64,000 bases of DNA from Syntrophales bacterium (GTDB lineage Bacteria; Desulfobacterota; Syntrophia; Syntrophales; PHBD01): contig OY764159.1 of the NCBI GenBank assembly GCA_963668175.1, positions 4,503,305 to 4,567,304 on the forward strand, in the 5' to 3' direction. How positions within the stretch are numbered: position 1 is the stretch's first letter; the number at the start of each line of letters is the position of its first letter. The notes beneath the pieces are model-generated. The model made no database searches, had not been told where the DNA came from, and was given only the letters and a program-made list of their open reading frames with translations. Both the position numbers and the translations under genes were made by a program. Positions 18,613-28,412 of the stretch are shown piece after piece.

Positions 18613-19436
18613 ATGGCGAGACAAGAAGATCGATCATTGCAGGTTCATGGTACCCCGGCAATCCCGATGTCTTGCGCGAAGACATTGAAGAGTATTTAAA
18701 AGAGGCATCATCAGGAGACATACAGGGCGAGATATTGGGCGTCGTAGCGCCCCACGCAGGCTACGTCTATTCAGGAGGCGTGGCCGCCTATGCCTATAAA
18801 CCCATCCGGGGCAAGCGATACGACACGGTCATCGTCATCAGCCCGTCGCACCGCATGGCCTTTCCGGGAGCCTCCATATACCGCCGGGGAGGCTATGAGA
18901 CGCCTTTGGGCATCGTACCCGTTGATGCGGAGATGTCGGACTTCCTTATCAATAACAGCACGATCATCAGCGATGCACCTGCGGCGCACATTCAGGAACA
19001 TGCCCTCGAAATACAGCTGCCTTTCCTGCAGACCGTTCTCGGTCCATTCCTCCTTGTACCCATCATTATGGGCAGCCAGGATAGAAGGACCTGCGAATCG
19101 CTTGCCAAATCGATAACGGAGGCCGCCGGCGATCAGCAGGTCTTGATCGTGGGCAGTTCCGACTTATCACACTTCCACGATTACCGCAGGGCGGTCAGTA
19201 TCGATCAGACGGTGTTGCAGCATCTCGATAAGATGGATGCCGTCGGACTTCTGAACGATCTCAAGACGGGCCGCGGCGAGGCATGCGGCGGAGGACCCGC
19301 CGCCGTCACCATGATGGCGGCAGGCATGCGGGGAGCGACCGAAGCGAAAGTGCTTAAATACGCGAATTCCGGCGATGTTACGGGGGACAGGGACCGGGTT
19401 GTCGGCTACGCCGCCGCCGTATTCTGGAAACCATAA
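18609..19436 (+). CDS. amrB: AmmeMemoRadiSam system protein B (MEMO1 family)
   Basis: AGSWYP, PHAGYVYSG, SPSH, EHALE, SSDLSH, ACG, SGD, VVGY; ATGA overlap with the upstream stop. Confidence 0.92.
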   Translation: MNGETRRSIIAGSWYPGNPDVLREDIEEYLKEASSGDIQGEILGVVAPHAGYVYSGGVAAYAYKPIRGKRYDTVIVISPSHRMAFPGASIYRRGGYETPLGIVPVDAEMSDFLINNSTIISDAPAAHIQEHALEIQLPFLQTVLGPFLLVPIIMGSQDRRTCESLAKSITEAAGDQQVLIVGSSDLSHFHDYRRAVSIDQTVLQHLDKMDAVGLLNDLKTGRGEACGGGPAAVTMMAAGMRGATEAKVLKYANSGDVTGDRDRVVGYAAAVFWKP

Positions 19437-19466
19437 AGCACAGTCTCAGGACAGATTGGGGGGCCT

Positions 19467-20018
19467 GTGAATCTGACGGAAAGCGAAAAAGAGCATCTGC
19501 TCAACATAGCCAAAACCGCAGTGAAGACGCGGCTGGCCGGGAACGATACGCGGGAGAAGAAAACACCCGACATGCCCGTTTTGAAAGAAAAACGGGGGGC
19601 ATTCGTCACCTTAAAGAAAAGAGGGCAGTTGCGCGGCTGCATCGGTTACATCCAGGCCGTTAAGCCCCTCGGACAAACCATAGATGAAATGGCCCAGGCG
19701 GCCGCATTCGGCGATCCGAGATTCCCGCCTGTGACGAAGGAGGAATTGCCCCTCCTGTCATTCGAGATTTCCGTCTTGACGCCGCTTAAGGAAATAGAAA
19801 ATGTGGACGAAATCGAGGTAGGCGTCCACGGGATATATATCGTCAAGGGATTCCACTCCGGCCTGCTCCTTCCCCAAGTCGCAACGGAATACGGATGGGA
19901 CCGGAAGACCTTTCTCGAACATACCTGCTATAAGGCGGGACTTTCCCCCCGGGCGTGGCAGGATAAGGACGCAAAGATTTACATCTTTTCCGCGGATATA
20001 TTTTGTGATTCCGTATAG
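19467..20018 (+). CDS. amrA: AmmeMemoRadiSam system protein A (AMMECR1 family)
   Basis: GAFVTL, LRGCIG, DPRF, EISVLT, GLLLPQVA, KAGL. Confidence 0.93.
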   Translation: MNLTESEKEHLLNIAKTAVKTRLAGNDTREKKTPDMPVLKEKRGAFVTLKKRGQLRGCIGYIQAVKPLGQTIDEMAQAAAFGDPRFPPVTKEELPLLSFEISVLTPLKEIENVDEIEVGVHGIYIVKGFHSGLLLPQVATEYGWDRKTFLEHTCYKAGLSPRAWQDKDAKIYIFSADIFCDSV

Positions 20019-20037
20019 TTGCCTGATAAAAAAACAT

Positions 20038-20066
20038 TTGACTAAAATACGGGGGATCATTAAGAT
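20038..20066 (+). promoter_or_regulatory. sigma70-type promoter of gap-tpiA
   Basis: TTGACT (20038-20043), 17 nt spacer, TAAGAT (20061-20066), then AAGGAG RBS. Confidence 0.6.
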
Positions 20067-20102
20067 CAGGCCCCGTTAAAATCCATTCACAAGGAGCGAC
20101 AT

Positions 20103-21110
20103 ATGGCTGTTAAAGTAGCTATCAATGGGTTCGGCAGAGTTGGTCGGTATATCGTCAGGGCCTGCCTGGGCAACGGCGACATCGAGATCGTGGCCATCAA
20201 CTCGAGAGCGAAAGTGGATACGCTGGCACACCTTCTGAAATACGATTCCGTCCACGGCAAGATTGAGGCCGATGTCTCCACGGAAGGCAATACCATGATC
20301 GTCGGCGGCCAGAAGATCACGATTACGAGCGAAACATCCAATCTGGCACAATTGCCCTGGAAATCCATGGGCGTCGAGATCGTCCTAGAATCGACGGGCA
20401 AATTCAGAAAGAAAGACGAAGTGTCGGGCCATATCGCAGCAGGGGCCAAGAAAGTCATTCTGGCCGTTCCCGGCAAGGGTATTGACGGAACATTTGTCAT
20501 GGGCGTGAACGAGGGCTCGTACGATCCCCAGAAACACCACATCATCTCCAATGCGTCATGCACGACAAACTGCCTTGCGCCGGTCGCGAAAGTCCTTCAG
20601 GACCAATTTAAAATCGTCAAGGGCTTCATGACGACCGTCCACGCTTTCACAATGGACCAGAGGCTTCTTGACGGGTCCCACAAGGATTTGAGGCGGGCGC
20701 GCGCGGCCTCCATGTCGATCGTTCCGACGTCGACGGGGGCGACTTCAGCCGTTGCGGAAGTCATCCCGGAGCTTAAAGGCAAGCTCGACGGCGTCGCCCT
20801 GAGGGTGCCGACACCGAACGTGTCCCTCGTCGATTTCGCCGTCGAAGTGGAAAAGAAGGTCACCGTCAACGATGTCAACGGGGCATTGAAGGATGCGGCA
20901 GCAGGAAAACTGAAGGGCATCCTGGCCTATTCCGATGAGGAACTGGTCAGTGTCGACTTCACAAGCAGTCCGTATTCATCCATTGTGGATGCCCCCCTGA
21001 CTTCGGTTATCGACGGCAACTTCGTCAAAGTCTTTTCCTGGTACGACAACGAAAGCGGTTATGCATGCAGAATGAGAGACCTTGCCATCTACATCAGTCG
21101 TAAAGGATAA
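20103..21110 (+). CDS. gap: Type I glyceraldehyde-3-phosphate dehydrogenase
   Basis: INGFGRVG, YDSVHG, SNASCTTNCLAP, RVPTPNVS, WYDNE. Confidence 0.97.
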   Translation: MAVKVAINGFGRVGRYIVRACLGNGDIEIVAINSRAKVDTLAHLLKYDSVHGKIEADVSTEGNTMIVGGQKITITSETSNLAQLPWKSMGVEIVLESTGKFRKKDEVSGHIAAGAKKVILAVPGKGIDGTFVMGVNEGSYDPQKHHIISNASCTTNCLAPVAKVLQDQFKIVKGFMTTVHAFTMDQRLLDGSHKDLRRARAASMSIVPTSTGATSAVAEVIPELKGKLDGVALRVPTPNVSLVDFAVEVEKKVTVNDVNGALKDAAAGKLKGILAYSDEELVSVDFTSSPYSSIVDAPLTSVIDGNFVKVFSWYDNESGYACRMRDLAIYISRKG

Positions 21111-21118
21111 GACGAGCA

Positions 21119-21871
21119 TTGACGAAACCATTCATTGTTGCCAACTGGAAGATGCACAAGACGATCAGTGAAGCGGTTGCTTTTGCCGAGTCTTTGAGAA
21201 AACTTCATACGGATCCGGCGAAGTGCGATCTCGTGATTGCACCTCCGTTTACCGCCATACGCTCCATTGCTGACGCTTTGAAGGGATCGCCAATAGGCAT
21301 TGCCGCCCAGAATCTGCATCACCATCGTGACGGCGCCTTTACGGGAGAAATATCGGCGGGAATGCTGGCCGAAGCGGGATGTCAATATGTTATTATCGGA
21401 CATTCCGAGCGGAGATTACATTTCGGCGAAAGCGATAATATTATTCATCAAAAAATTAAAATGGCCCTTGCGTTCCACTTGGTGCCGATCCTTTGTATAG
21501 GAGAGACGCTTCCGGAACGCGAGAGGGAAGAAACATTTGAGGTCATAGAAAAACAGTTAAAAGAAGGATTGAATAATTTCGGGGCAGGTGATATAGGACG
21601 GCTCGTCATCGCCTATGAGCCGGTATGGGCCATAGGCACGGGAAGAACAGCAACGCCGGAACAGGCTGAAAATGTTCATGTTCATATCAGACATTTGCTG
21701 TCATCCCAATGCGGTGACCAGGTTGCGCGTCAGACAAGCATTATTTACGGCGGCAGCGTCACCGGGGATAACATTGCCGGACTCAAGGAAAAGCAAGCCA
21801 TCAACGGTGTTCTCGTCGGCGGTGCCAGCTTAAAGGTTGAATCGTTTGCCAGAATTGCCGGCTATGAATGA
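21119..21871 (+). CDS. tpiA: Triose-phosphate isomerase
   Basis: ANWKM, GAFTGEIS, GHSERR, AYEPVWAIGTG, YGGSV, LVGGASL; TTG start. Confidence 0.97.
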   Translation: MTKPFIVANWKMHKTISEAVAFAESLRKLHTDPAKCDLVIAPPFTAIRSIADALKGSPIGIAAQNLHHHRDGAFTGEISAGMLAEAGCQYVIIGHSERRLHFGESDNIIHQKIKMALAFHLVPILCIGETLPEREREETFEVIEKQLKEGLNNFGAGDIGRLVIAYEPVWAIGTGRTATPEQAENVHVHIRHLLSSQCGDQVARQTSIIYGGSVTGDNIAGLKEKQAINGVLVGGASLKVESFARIAGYE

Positions 21872-22013
21872 TCGGTTTCGTGGCAAGACTGTAGGATAAT
21901 AGAGGATAAACCCTAACAGGGTCCGGAAATCATAAGGGAAGAGATACCCGGCGGAGATCATTTCATACCAGATAAGATCTCTAAAATATCTCGCAAAGTC
22001 AAGGAGCGGTTAA

Positions 22014-22382
22014 GTGCAGATATTTATCACTATTATTCACGTAGTAGTCTGTTTTGTGCTGGTACTTGTTGTCCTTCTGCAGGCTGGCAAAGGGGCGAGC
22101 ATGGGGGCTGCTTTTGGCGGGTCGAGCCAGACGGTTTTTGGAAGCAGCGGTCCCAGCACATTTCTGAGCAAGATGACGACATGGGTGGCTGTGGTCTTTA
22201 TGTTGACCTCTTTGGCCCTATCCCATCCATACTTCTATAGTTCAGGCGGCGGGTCTCTCATGAAAGGTGCCAAACAGCAGGATACGAAAGCCGCGCCGCA
22301 GGTTCCGGCGCAGCAACCGCAGGCGCCGTCTGCACCGGCGGCACAAGGACAGCCGGCACCTCCTGCAGCGCCGGGGAAGTAG
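22014..22382 (+). CDS. secG: Preprotein translocase subunit SecG
   Basis: [23 protein letters not shown], two TM helices; conserved tpiA-secG-tRNA-Leu order. Confidence 0.95.
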   Translation: MQIFITIIHVVVCFVLVLVVLLQAGKGASMGAAFGGSSQTVFGSSGPSTFLSKMTTWVAVVFMLTSLALSHPYFYSSGGGSLMKGAKQQDTKAAPQVPAQQPQAPSAPAAQGQPAPPAAPGK

Positions 22383-22484
22383 TGAACTGTTAAAAGGAGA
22401 TAAAATAAGAAGAAACCTGTTTCGATAGGTTGAGAGGTTCTGCGGAGAATCAGTAGGGAATTTGCACACCACGATAAAATACAT

Positions 22485-22571
22485 GCCGAAGTGGTGGAAT
22501 TTGGTAGACACGCTATCTTGAGGGGGTAGTGGGCCACGCCCGTCCGGGTTCAAGTCCCGGCTTCGGCACCA
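22485..22571 (+). tRNA. tRNA-Leu(GAG)
   Basis: GCCGAAG acceptor stem pairs with CTTCGGC; anticodon arm CTATC-TTGAGGG-GGTAG; long variable arm; GTTCAAG T-loop; encoded CCA. Confidence 0.96.
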
Positions 22572-22581
22572 TGAAATGAAC

Positions 22582-22614
22582 AAATAGCGCAGCAAAACAT
22601 GTTGCGCTATTTTT
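22582..22614 (+). terminator. Intrinsic terminator after tRNA-Leu
   Basis: AAATAGCGCAGCA / TGTTGCGCTATTT stem (one G-U pair) ending in a T run. Confidence 0.7.
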
Positions 22615-22791
22615 CTGATACATCCCTTTGAGATCGGCTGAACAAGAGCGACACGAACCGCAGAAGCTCGATTTCAGGCATTTTCAATGCCTTCGGCATT
22701 TCGACATCCAATCCTGTCATCGTCATGGACAATTAACCTATCAAATAATCAGGGAACATAACCACTAAGAATTCGACAGGAGGCTTTCTTC

Positions 22792-23412
22792 ATGTTTTTG
22801 GTTCCTAAAGAAGAAAAATTTTTTGACCATTTTGAGCAGTTGGCGGATAAAATCGAAAAAGGCGGACAGTTATTTCTCGATATTCTTGACAATTACGAAC
22901 ATTCCGAGGCCAAAGTCTCTACGCTGAAGGAAATAGAACACGAAGCGGACAAGATAACCCACCAGATATACGCCAAGATGCACCAGACGTTTTTAACCCC
23001 GCTGGACCGTGAGGATATTTATGCCCTTGCCAACAAAATGGACAGCATTCTGGACATCATTGAGGCGTCCGCCGTTCGTTTATATCTTTATAAGGTCAAA
23101 TCGCCCGTCAATGAAATCAAGGAATTAGCCTTGACGCTGGAAAAAGCTATCGCGCTTGTGAAGGTCATTGTCCACGCGCTCCGGAATAAGAAGAATTCCG
23201 AGATGGCCATCAAAACCTGTGTCGAGATCAACACCCTGGAAAATGAAGGCGATTACATTTTAAGGCAGGCGATAGCGAGGCTTTTTGAGCGGGAAAAGGA
23301 TGCTGTTGAGCTGCTCAAGCAGAAAGAAATTCTGGAAAGGGTTGAAGAAGGTCTCGATACATGTGAGGATGTTTCCAATATTGTGGAAGGAATTATCCTG
23401 AAGCATGGATAG
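22792..23412 (+). CDS. DUF47 phosphate-transport regulator (PhoU-like)
   Basis: PKEEKFF, EHEAD, TFLTPLDREDI, LENEGD, D.CEDV; overlaps the PiT gene. Confidence 0.92.
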   Translation: MFLVPKEEKFFDHFEQLADKIEKGGQLFLDILDNYEHSEAKVSTLKEIEHEADKITHQIYAKMHQTFLTPLDREDIYALANKMDSILDIIEASAVRLYLYKVKSPVNEIKELALTLEKAIALVKVIVHALRNKKNSEMAIKTCVEINTLENEGDYILRQAIARLFEREKDAVELLKQKEILERVEEGLDTCEDVSNIVEGIILKHG

Positions 23413-24406
23413 CCATTCATTAGCTTTAATTATAACAATTGTAATTATAGCTTTTGTTTTCGATTTCATTAACGGTTTTCACGACTCGGCAAATGCCATT
23501 GCCACCGTCGTAACCACCCGTGTTCTCACGCCGGTCAAAGCCGTCATCTGGGCGGCCACCTTCGAATTCATGGCCTTCTTCGTCGCCGGTATTCCCGTGG
23601 CGAAAACCATAGGCACCGGCATCATCGATCCGAATATCGTCGATAATCTGATTATCCTGGCGGCGCTCTTGGGGGCCGTCAGTTGGAATCTCATCACCTG
23701 GTGGCTCGGTCTGCCCAGCAGTTCTTCCCATGCCCTCATCGGCGGCATGATCGGTGCCGGCGTCATCAAGGGCGGCGCGGATATTCTGGTCTGGAAGGGC
23801 ATCATCAAGACGACCCTTTTTATCGTCATTTCGCCACTGTTAGGTATGATCTTGTCATTTTCCATCATGATCCTTGCCTTGAATCTATCCCAAAACAGCA
23901 ACGTACGCCGATCGGACACCATTTTCCGGAGACTGCAGTTGGCGTCTGCGGCCGTATACAGTATGAGCCATGGTATGAACGACGCTCAAAAGACCATGGG
24001 CATCATCGCCATCGTACTTTTCAGCGGCGGCTATTTAGGGCCTACCTTTCACGTACCTCCGTGGGTTATGCTCGGATGCTACGTATTCATCGCCCTGGGA
24101 ACCATGGCCGGCGGGTGGCGGATCGTAAAAACCATGGGCAACAAAATCACCAAGCTCACGCCCATGGGGGGATTTTGTTCAGAAGCCGCGGCCGCCATTT
24201 CGATTATCGGCGCCTCCCTTGGAGGCATACCTGTGAGCACTACCCACACCATCACCGGCGCCATCGTCGGTGTTGGCGCCACCAAAAGGCTGACGGCCGT
24301 ACGTTGGGGAATAGCCGGTGAAATCGTTTGGGCCTGGGTACTGACTATTCCGATGGCGGCAGCATTATCGGCGGTTCTGTTTCTTGTTTTAGATCTCGTC
24401 ATATAA
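23405..24406 (+). CDS. Inorganic phosphate transporter, PiT family
   Basis: NGFHDSANAIAT, GLPSSSSHALIGG, HGMNDAQKTMG, GIPVSTTH. Confidence 0.95.
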   Translation: MDSHSLALIITIVIIAFVFDFINGFHDSANAIATVVTTRVLTPVKAVIWAATFEFMAFFVAGIPVAKTIGTGIIDPNIVDNLIILAALLGAVSWNLITWWLGLPSSSSHALIGGMIGAGVIKGGADILVWKGIIKTTLFIVISPLLGMILSFSIMILALNLSQNSNVRRSDTIFRRLQLASAAVYSMSHGMNDAQKTMGIIAIVLFSGGYLGPTFHVPPWVMLGCYVFIALGTMAGGWRIVKTMGNKITKLTPMGGFCSEAAAAISIIGASLGGIPVSTTHTITGAIVGVGATKRLTAVRWGIAGEIVWAWVLTIPMAAALSAVLFLVLDLVI

Positions 24407-24939
24407 TAGCGCCCGCCGGTATTTTCGATCTTTAGGAGTGGTCCCTGATGCCGTTCTTTCCAAAGCAGCCGATAAGCTGATCGGACGTTTTTACCAATCC
24501 TGTTTTATCTTGACTATGGAACCTTATCAGCTTAATATTAGCATCACTTTAGGCACTTGCCAGATATCAGCGGACCGCTTTTACGTGTGACAATGGATTT
24601 ATAAATTTAAATAAATTCTCGATCCTGCGACGAATAGAATTTTTAAAAGGCGGATGAACGATAGGTGTTGGAATGCGATTGACTGACGGCTCTGCTATTC
24701 CTGTATCGTGATGGAACTCCTATCAGGCAAGTTCAATAGAATATATTGCGCTTTCTGCTGATCAAAGCCGATTTTTCAAGTTATCGAATTCACTTCAGAT
24801 AGCAGTGTGACGATCATTGATCGCCAAAGTTGTCGCGGGAAGGAATCCCTGTTACGCAACCGGAGTCGTCTTAGATTTTTTATTCTTCACGATGCTCGTT
24901 TGCGGAGGAATTCATCGAACCGCTATTGAATTCATCAGG

Positions 24940-25656
24940 ATGGTATCGCTCATGTCCTTATCTCGAATTTCATCCGGAACGGTCGCGCCAAGAGTTGCCC
25001 CTTTTGCCCTGTTCATGCTTTTTATCGGATTGGATGAATTATTGCACTTTCTTAAAATTCAAGGACTTGTAAATATATCGGAAACCTTCTTCCTGTTTCT
25101 ATATCCGGTTAAGATATCGCTGGTAGGGTTGATCCTCTGGCTGTGGCGCTCTGCTTATACAGAGATTGATGCAAAGGATATTTTGAAATATCGCTTGAGC
25201 TTCATCAGCATAATCACAGGCGTTGTTGTCTTTGTACTGTGGATTTGGATGATATGGCCTTTCGCCGTATTCGGAAACCCAGCGGGATTCGATCCTTCGA
25301 TTTTCGTCAACGACGGACTTAAATATTTCATGATAACGGTCCGTCTGATAGGAGCGGTTATCATCGTACCGATTATGGAGGAGCTTTTTTGGCGATCATT
25401 TCTGATCCGCTACCTTACCGGCACTTCCTTTTCGGACATAAGAATCGGTCAGATGACTGCGACAGCCTTCGTCGTAACAACGGTTCTCTTCGGATTGGAA
25501 CACAATCTCTGGCTTGCCGGGATGATGGCCGGTGCAGCCTATAATCTCCTTCTGCTACACACGCGGAGCATCGCACAGTGCATTATTGCCCACGCCGCAA
25601 CCAATGCATTGCTGGGAATATACGTCCTGACGACGAAACAATGGTTCTTCTGGTAA
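24940..25656 (+). CDS. CAAX prenyl-protease-related (Abi/CPBP) membrane protein of exosortase/PEP-CTERM loci
   Basis: RVAPFALF, LYPVK, VVVFVLWI, VPIMEELFWRSFL (EExxxR), FGLEH, AHAATN; start uncertain (24817 TTG, 24940 or 24952 ATG). Confidence 0.85.
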   Translation: MVSLMSLSRISSGTVAPRVAPFALFMLFIGLDELLHFLKIQGLVNISETFFLFLYPVKISLVGLILWLWRSAYTEIDAKDILKYRLSFISIITGVVVFVLWIWMIWPFAVFGNPAGFDPSIFVNDGLKYFMITVRLIGAVIIVPIMEELFWRSFLIRYLTGTSFSDIRIGQMTATAFVVTTVLFGLEHNLWLAGMMAGAAYNLLLLHTRSIAQCIIAHAATNALLGIYVLTTKQWFFW

Positions 25657-25781
25657 AATGTTGCCCTCGACCCAAGGGAGTCGGTCCCTTTGATTGGCTC
25701 TTGCAAAATGAAGTATTCATATCATGAGTGTATTTACCCACAAGATATAGATCACGCACATCGATAAGACGTGGAATTGAC

Positions 25782-27947
25782 ATGGTAAAAAAGAGAGAAG
25801 ACAGTACGGATGAGTTGGTCGGATTGCGCCATTTGGTTCGGCAAATGGACCAACTGGAAACAGATAAGATATCAATGATCGACGCTCTCAGAACATCCGA
25901 ACTCGCTTATCGTCGTCTGTTCGAGGCTGCCCCGGACGGCATCTTAATACTAAGCGCCGAAACGGGACAAATTATGGATGTGAATCCTTTTCTGGAAAAC
26001 TTACTGCAATACCCCAGAAGAGAATTTATCGGGCAAAAAATATGGGAGGTCGCCCCTTTCAAGGAAACGGGTATCACGGAGGCATCTTTCGGAGTCATGC
26101 AAGGGTACTTCAAAAACGACTCCATGCAGCTGGAATCCAGAGACGGAAGAAAGATAGATGTCGAATTTGTCTGCAATGTTTATCTCGTCGATGACAAAAG
26201 AGTTATCCAATGCAATATCCGCGATGTCACTTCCCGCAAGAAAGCGGAGACGGCTCTATACGAATCCGAAATCAAACTTCGTCATTCGGCGGACAATCTT
26301 CCAACGTTCGTTGCGTTCATCGATACGACTGAACGCTATCAGTTCGTCAATCAGGCGTTTAAGAACTGGTTTGGAGTCCATTCCAAAGAGGCCATCGGCA
26401 AAACGATACGCGAAATAAAGGCTCATCAAGGGTATAGAATCATCGTCGATAATGTTGATTTTATCCTGTCGGGCAGAAACATGCTTCATAAGGACGTGAT
26501 GCATCTGCCGGATGGAAAGGCTGTTTATTACGAAGCCAATTATATACCGAACAGGAATGAGTCCGGCGACCTTGAAGGATGCTGCATTCTCATACGAGAT
26601 ATAACCGAGCTGAAAACTCTCGAAGACAAATTAAGGGAAGCTCGATACCATTTGGAATGGCTGGTGAGCGATCGCACTTCCAAGATCATGGAGATGAACC
26701 GTCAGCTCCTTCGCGAAATCGAAGAACGCAGAAAGACCCATGAGTCTTTATTGATTTCTGACGATAATTTTACAGGTTTCATCGATATTATTGGCGTAGG
26801 AGCCGCTCTTATCAATCCAAACATGGAAATATTAGCCCTGAACGACCAGATGAAGAAATGGTTCCCTCATGTGGACACGTCAAAAACGCCTTACTGCTTC
26901 GAGGTGTTTAACATACCGGGACGAGACGGCATCTGTCACTACTGCCCGACATGGAAGACCCTTCAAGACGGCCAAATTCATGAGGCGATAACCGAAACGC
27001 CCAAGGATGGCGCCATTATCAATTACCGGGTCGTGTCATCCCCCATTAAAGATCAAAATGGGCAGATTACCGCGGCAATTGAGTTGATCGATGATGTAAC
27101 CAACAGGGAATCCGTACGGACAGGATGGGATCAATCCGAAAGCGATTTTCAGACTATTTTTGAAACGACGGGCAACGCGACTGTCATGATAGAAGAGGAC
27201 GCAACGATCAGCATGGCCAACAGGATGTTCTTAAAACGCCTCGGGTATTCCAAAAGCGAATTGGAAGGGCAGAAAAGGATTACCGATCTCATTCTCACGG
27301 AGGATTTAAGTAAATTCAGAAAATATTATATCCAGAGAACGGATCCCACCGAATCTTTGGAATGTCATTTTATTGATAAGAATCAGAATAAAATCGCTGC
27401 AGTCATCTTCATGAATACCTTGCCCGGCAGAATGAAAAAGGTGATATCCCTTTATGATATTACAGAGTTGAAACGCCTGGAGGAAATCGTCAATGGAAAA
27501 GAGCGAGAACTGCAATTGAAGGGTCACAAACTGGAGGAAATAAACACGGCCCTGGCGGTTCTCCTGAAGCGCAGAGAAACGGATAACGCGGAAATGGAGG
27601 AGAAAATTCTCACCAACGTGAACGACCTCATCAGGCCTTATTTAGAAAAACTTAATAAGGGGCACCTGGATGCCAATCAGCGGGCCTACGTCCGTCTCAT
27701 TGAGGATAATATAAGCAATATTATTTCCCCATTCTTGCATAATTTTTCAAATAAATACCCGAACTTAACGCCACAGGAGATTCAAGTGGCCGCCATGATT
27801 AAAAATGGAAAAACCAGCAAGGAAATGGCCGAGTTATTAAACATTTCCGAAAGAACCGTCAATTTTCACAGAGAACACATCAGAAAGAAACTGGGGTTGG
27901 CCAACAAAAAAGTCAATCTTAGATCACATCTGCTTTCCATGGCATAG
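25782..27947 (+). CDS. Multi-PAS-domain LuxR-family transcriptional regulator (one-component)
   Basis: Four PAS/PAC-like units ending in RDVT, RDIT, DDVT, YDIT; C-terminal LTPQEIQVA...GKTSKEMAELLNISERTVNFHR..IRKKL HTH; start placed at ATG 25782. Confidence 0.9.
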   Translation: MVKKREDSTDELVGLRHLVRQMDQLETDKISMIDALRTSELAYRRLFEAAPDGILILSAETGQIMDVNPFLENLLQYPRREFIGQKIWEVAPFKETGITEASFGVMQGYFKNDSMQLESRDGRKIDVEFVCNVYLVDDKRVIQCNIRDVTSRKKAETALYESEIKLRHSADNLPTFVAFIDTTERYQFVNQAFKNWFGVHSKEAIGKTIREIKAHQGYRIIVDNVDFILSGRNMLHKDVMHLPDGKAVYYEANYIPNRNESGDLEGCCILIRDITELKTLEDKLREARYHLEWLVSDRTSKIMEMNRQLLREIEERRKTHESLLISDDNFTGFIDIIGVGAALINPNMEILALNDQMKKWFPHVDTSKTPYCFEVFNIPGRDGICHYCPTWKTLQDGQIHEAITETPKDGAIINYRVVSSPIKDQNGQITAAIELIDDVTNRESVRTGWDQSESDFQTIFETTGNATVMIEEDATISMANRMFLKRLGYSKSELEGQKRITDLILTEDLSKFRKYYIQRTDPTESLECHFIDKNQNKIAAVIFMNTLPGRMKKVISLYDITELKRLEEIVNGKERELQLKGHKLEEINTALAVLLKRRETDNAEMEEKILTNVNDLIRPYLEKLNKGHLDANQRAYVRLIEDNISNIISPFLHNFSNKYPNLTPQEIQVAAMIKNGKTSKEMAELLNISERTVNFHREHIRKKLGLANKKVNLRSHLLSMA

Positions 27948-28112
27948 TTCCAGGTAATACCTGGCATTATGCCCGACACTTTACGGTATTGTATACGTTG
28001 CCGAGATATCCTATATCATAATACAGATCATTCAGTTACAGAACAAGAACACTTACTGCCGAAGAGCTCTGACAATCTCAACAACCCGATATCATTTACA
28101 AAGGAGCAGATA

Positions 28113-28412
28113 ATGTGCTTGGCTGTTTGCCATAAGAAACTGGGTGGGTGTGGATATCTCGGTGATGAACAGGAGTGGATACGCGAAGGGAAACAATGCC
28201 TTTGCCCCAAGTGCCGTCAAGACCGCATGTATTTTTTGTTCGACTACAACCTGGAAGAAGTCGTTGATTTTTCGGTTATGAACAGGGCAAGGAATATGCT
28301 CACCGAATACAATGCGAAACTAAAAGGTAAAGCTCTACAAAAAGCAATTAAAAACGGCCAGATTGCCACATACCATCTCACGCAAGATCAGAGACTGGAA
28401 ATCGGTCTTTAA
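28113..28412 (+). CDS. Hypothetical small protein with a possible zinc-ribbon
   Basis: AAGGAG RBS 6 nt before ATG 28113; CHKKLGGC...CPKC cysteine pairs; 99 aa; family not recognised. Confidence 0.55.
   Translation: MCLAVCHKKLGGCGYLGDEQEWIREGKQCLCPKCRQDRMYFLFDYNLEEVVDFSVMNRARNMLTEYNAKLKGKALQKAIKNGQIATYHLTQDQRLEIGL

Noticed and set aside
22676..22731. Pho box (CTGTCAT at 22714) and overlapping GGCATT/AATGCC hairpins upstream of DUF47-PiT
   Set aside because: Only one half-site with no 11-bp-spaced repeat; the hairpins are short and could be chance.
22485..24940. tRNA-Leu as the integration site of an island
   Set aside because: No integrase and no duplicated tRNA 3' end seen; the tRNA is followed by a terminator and ordinary DUF47-PiT genes.
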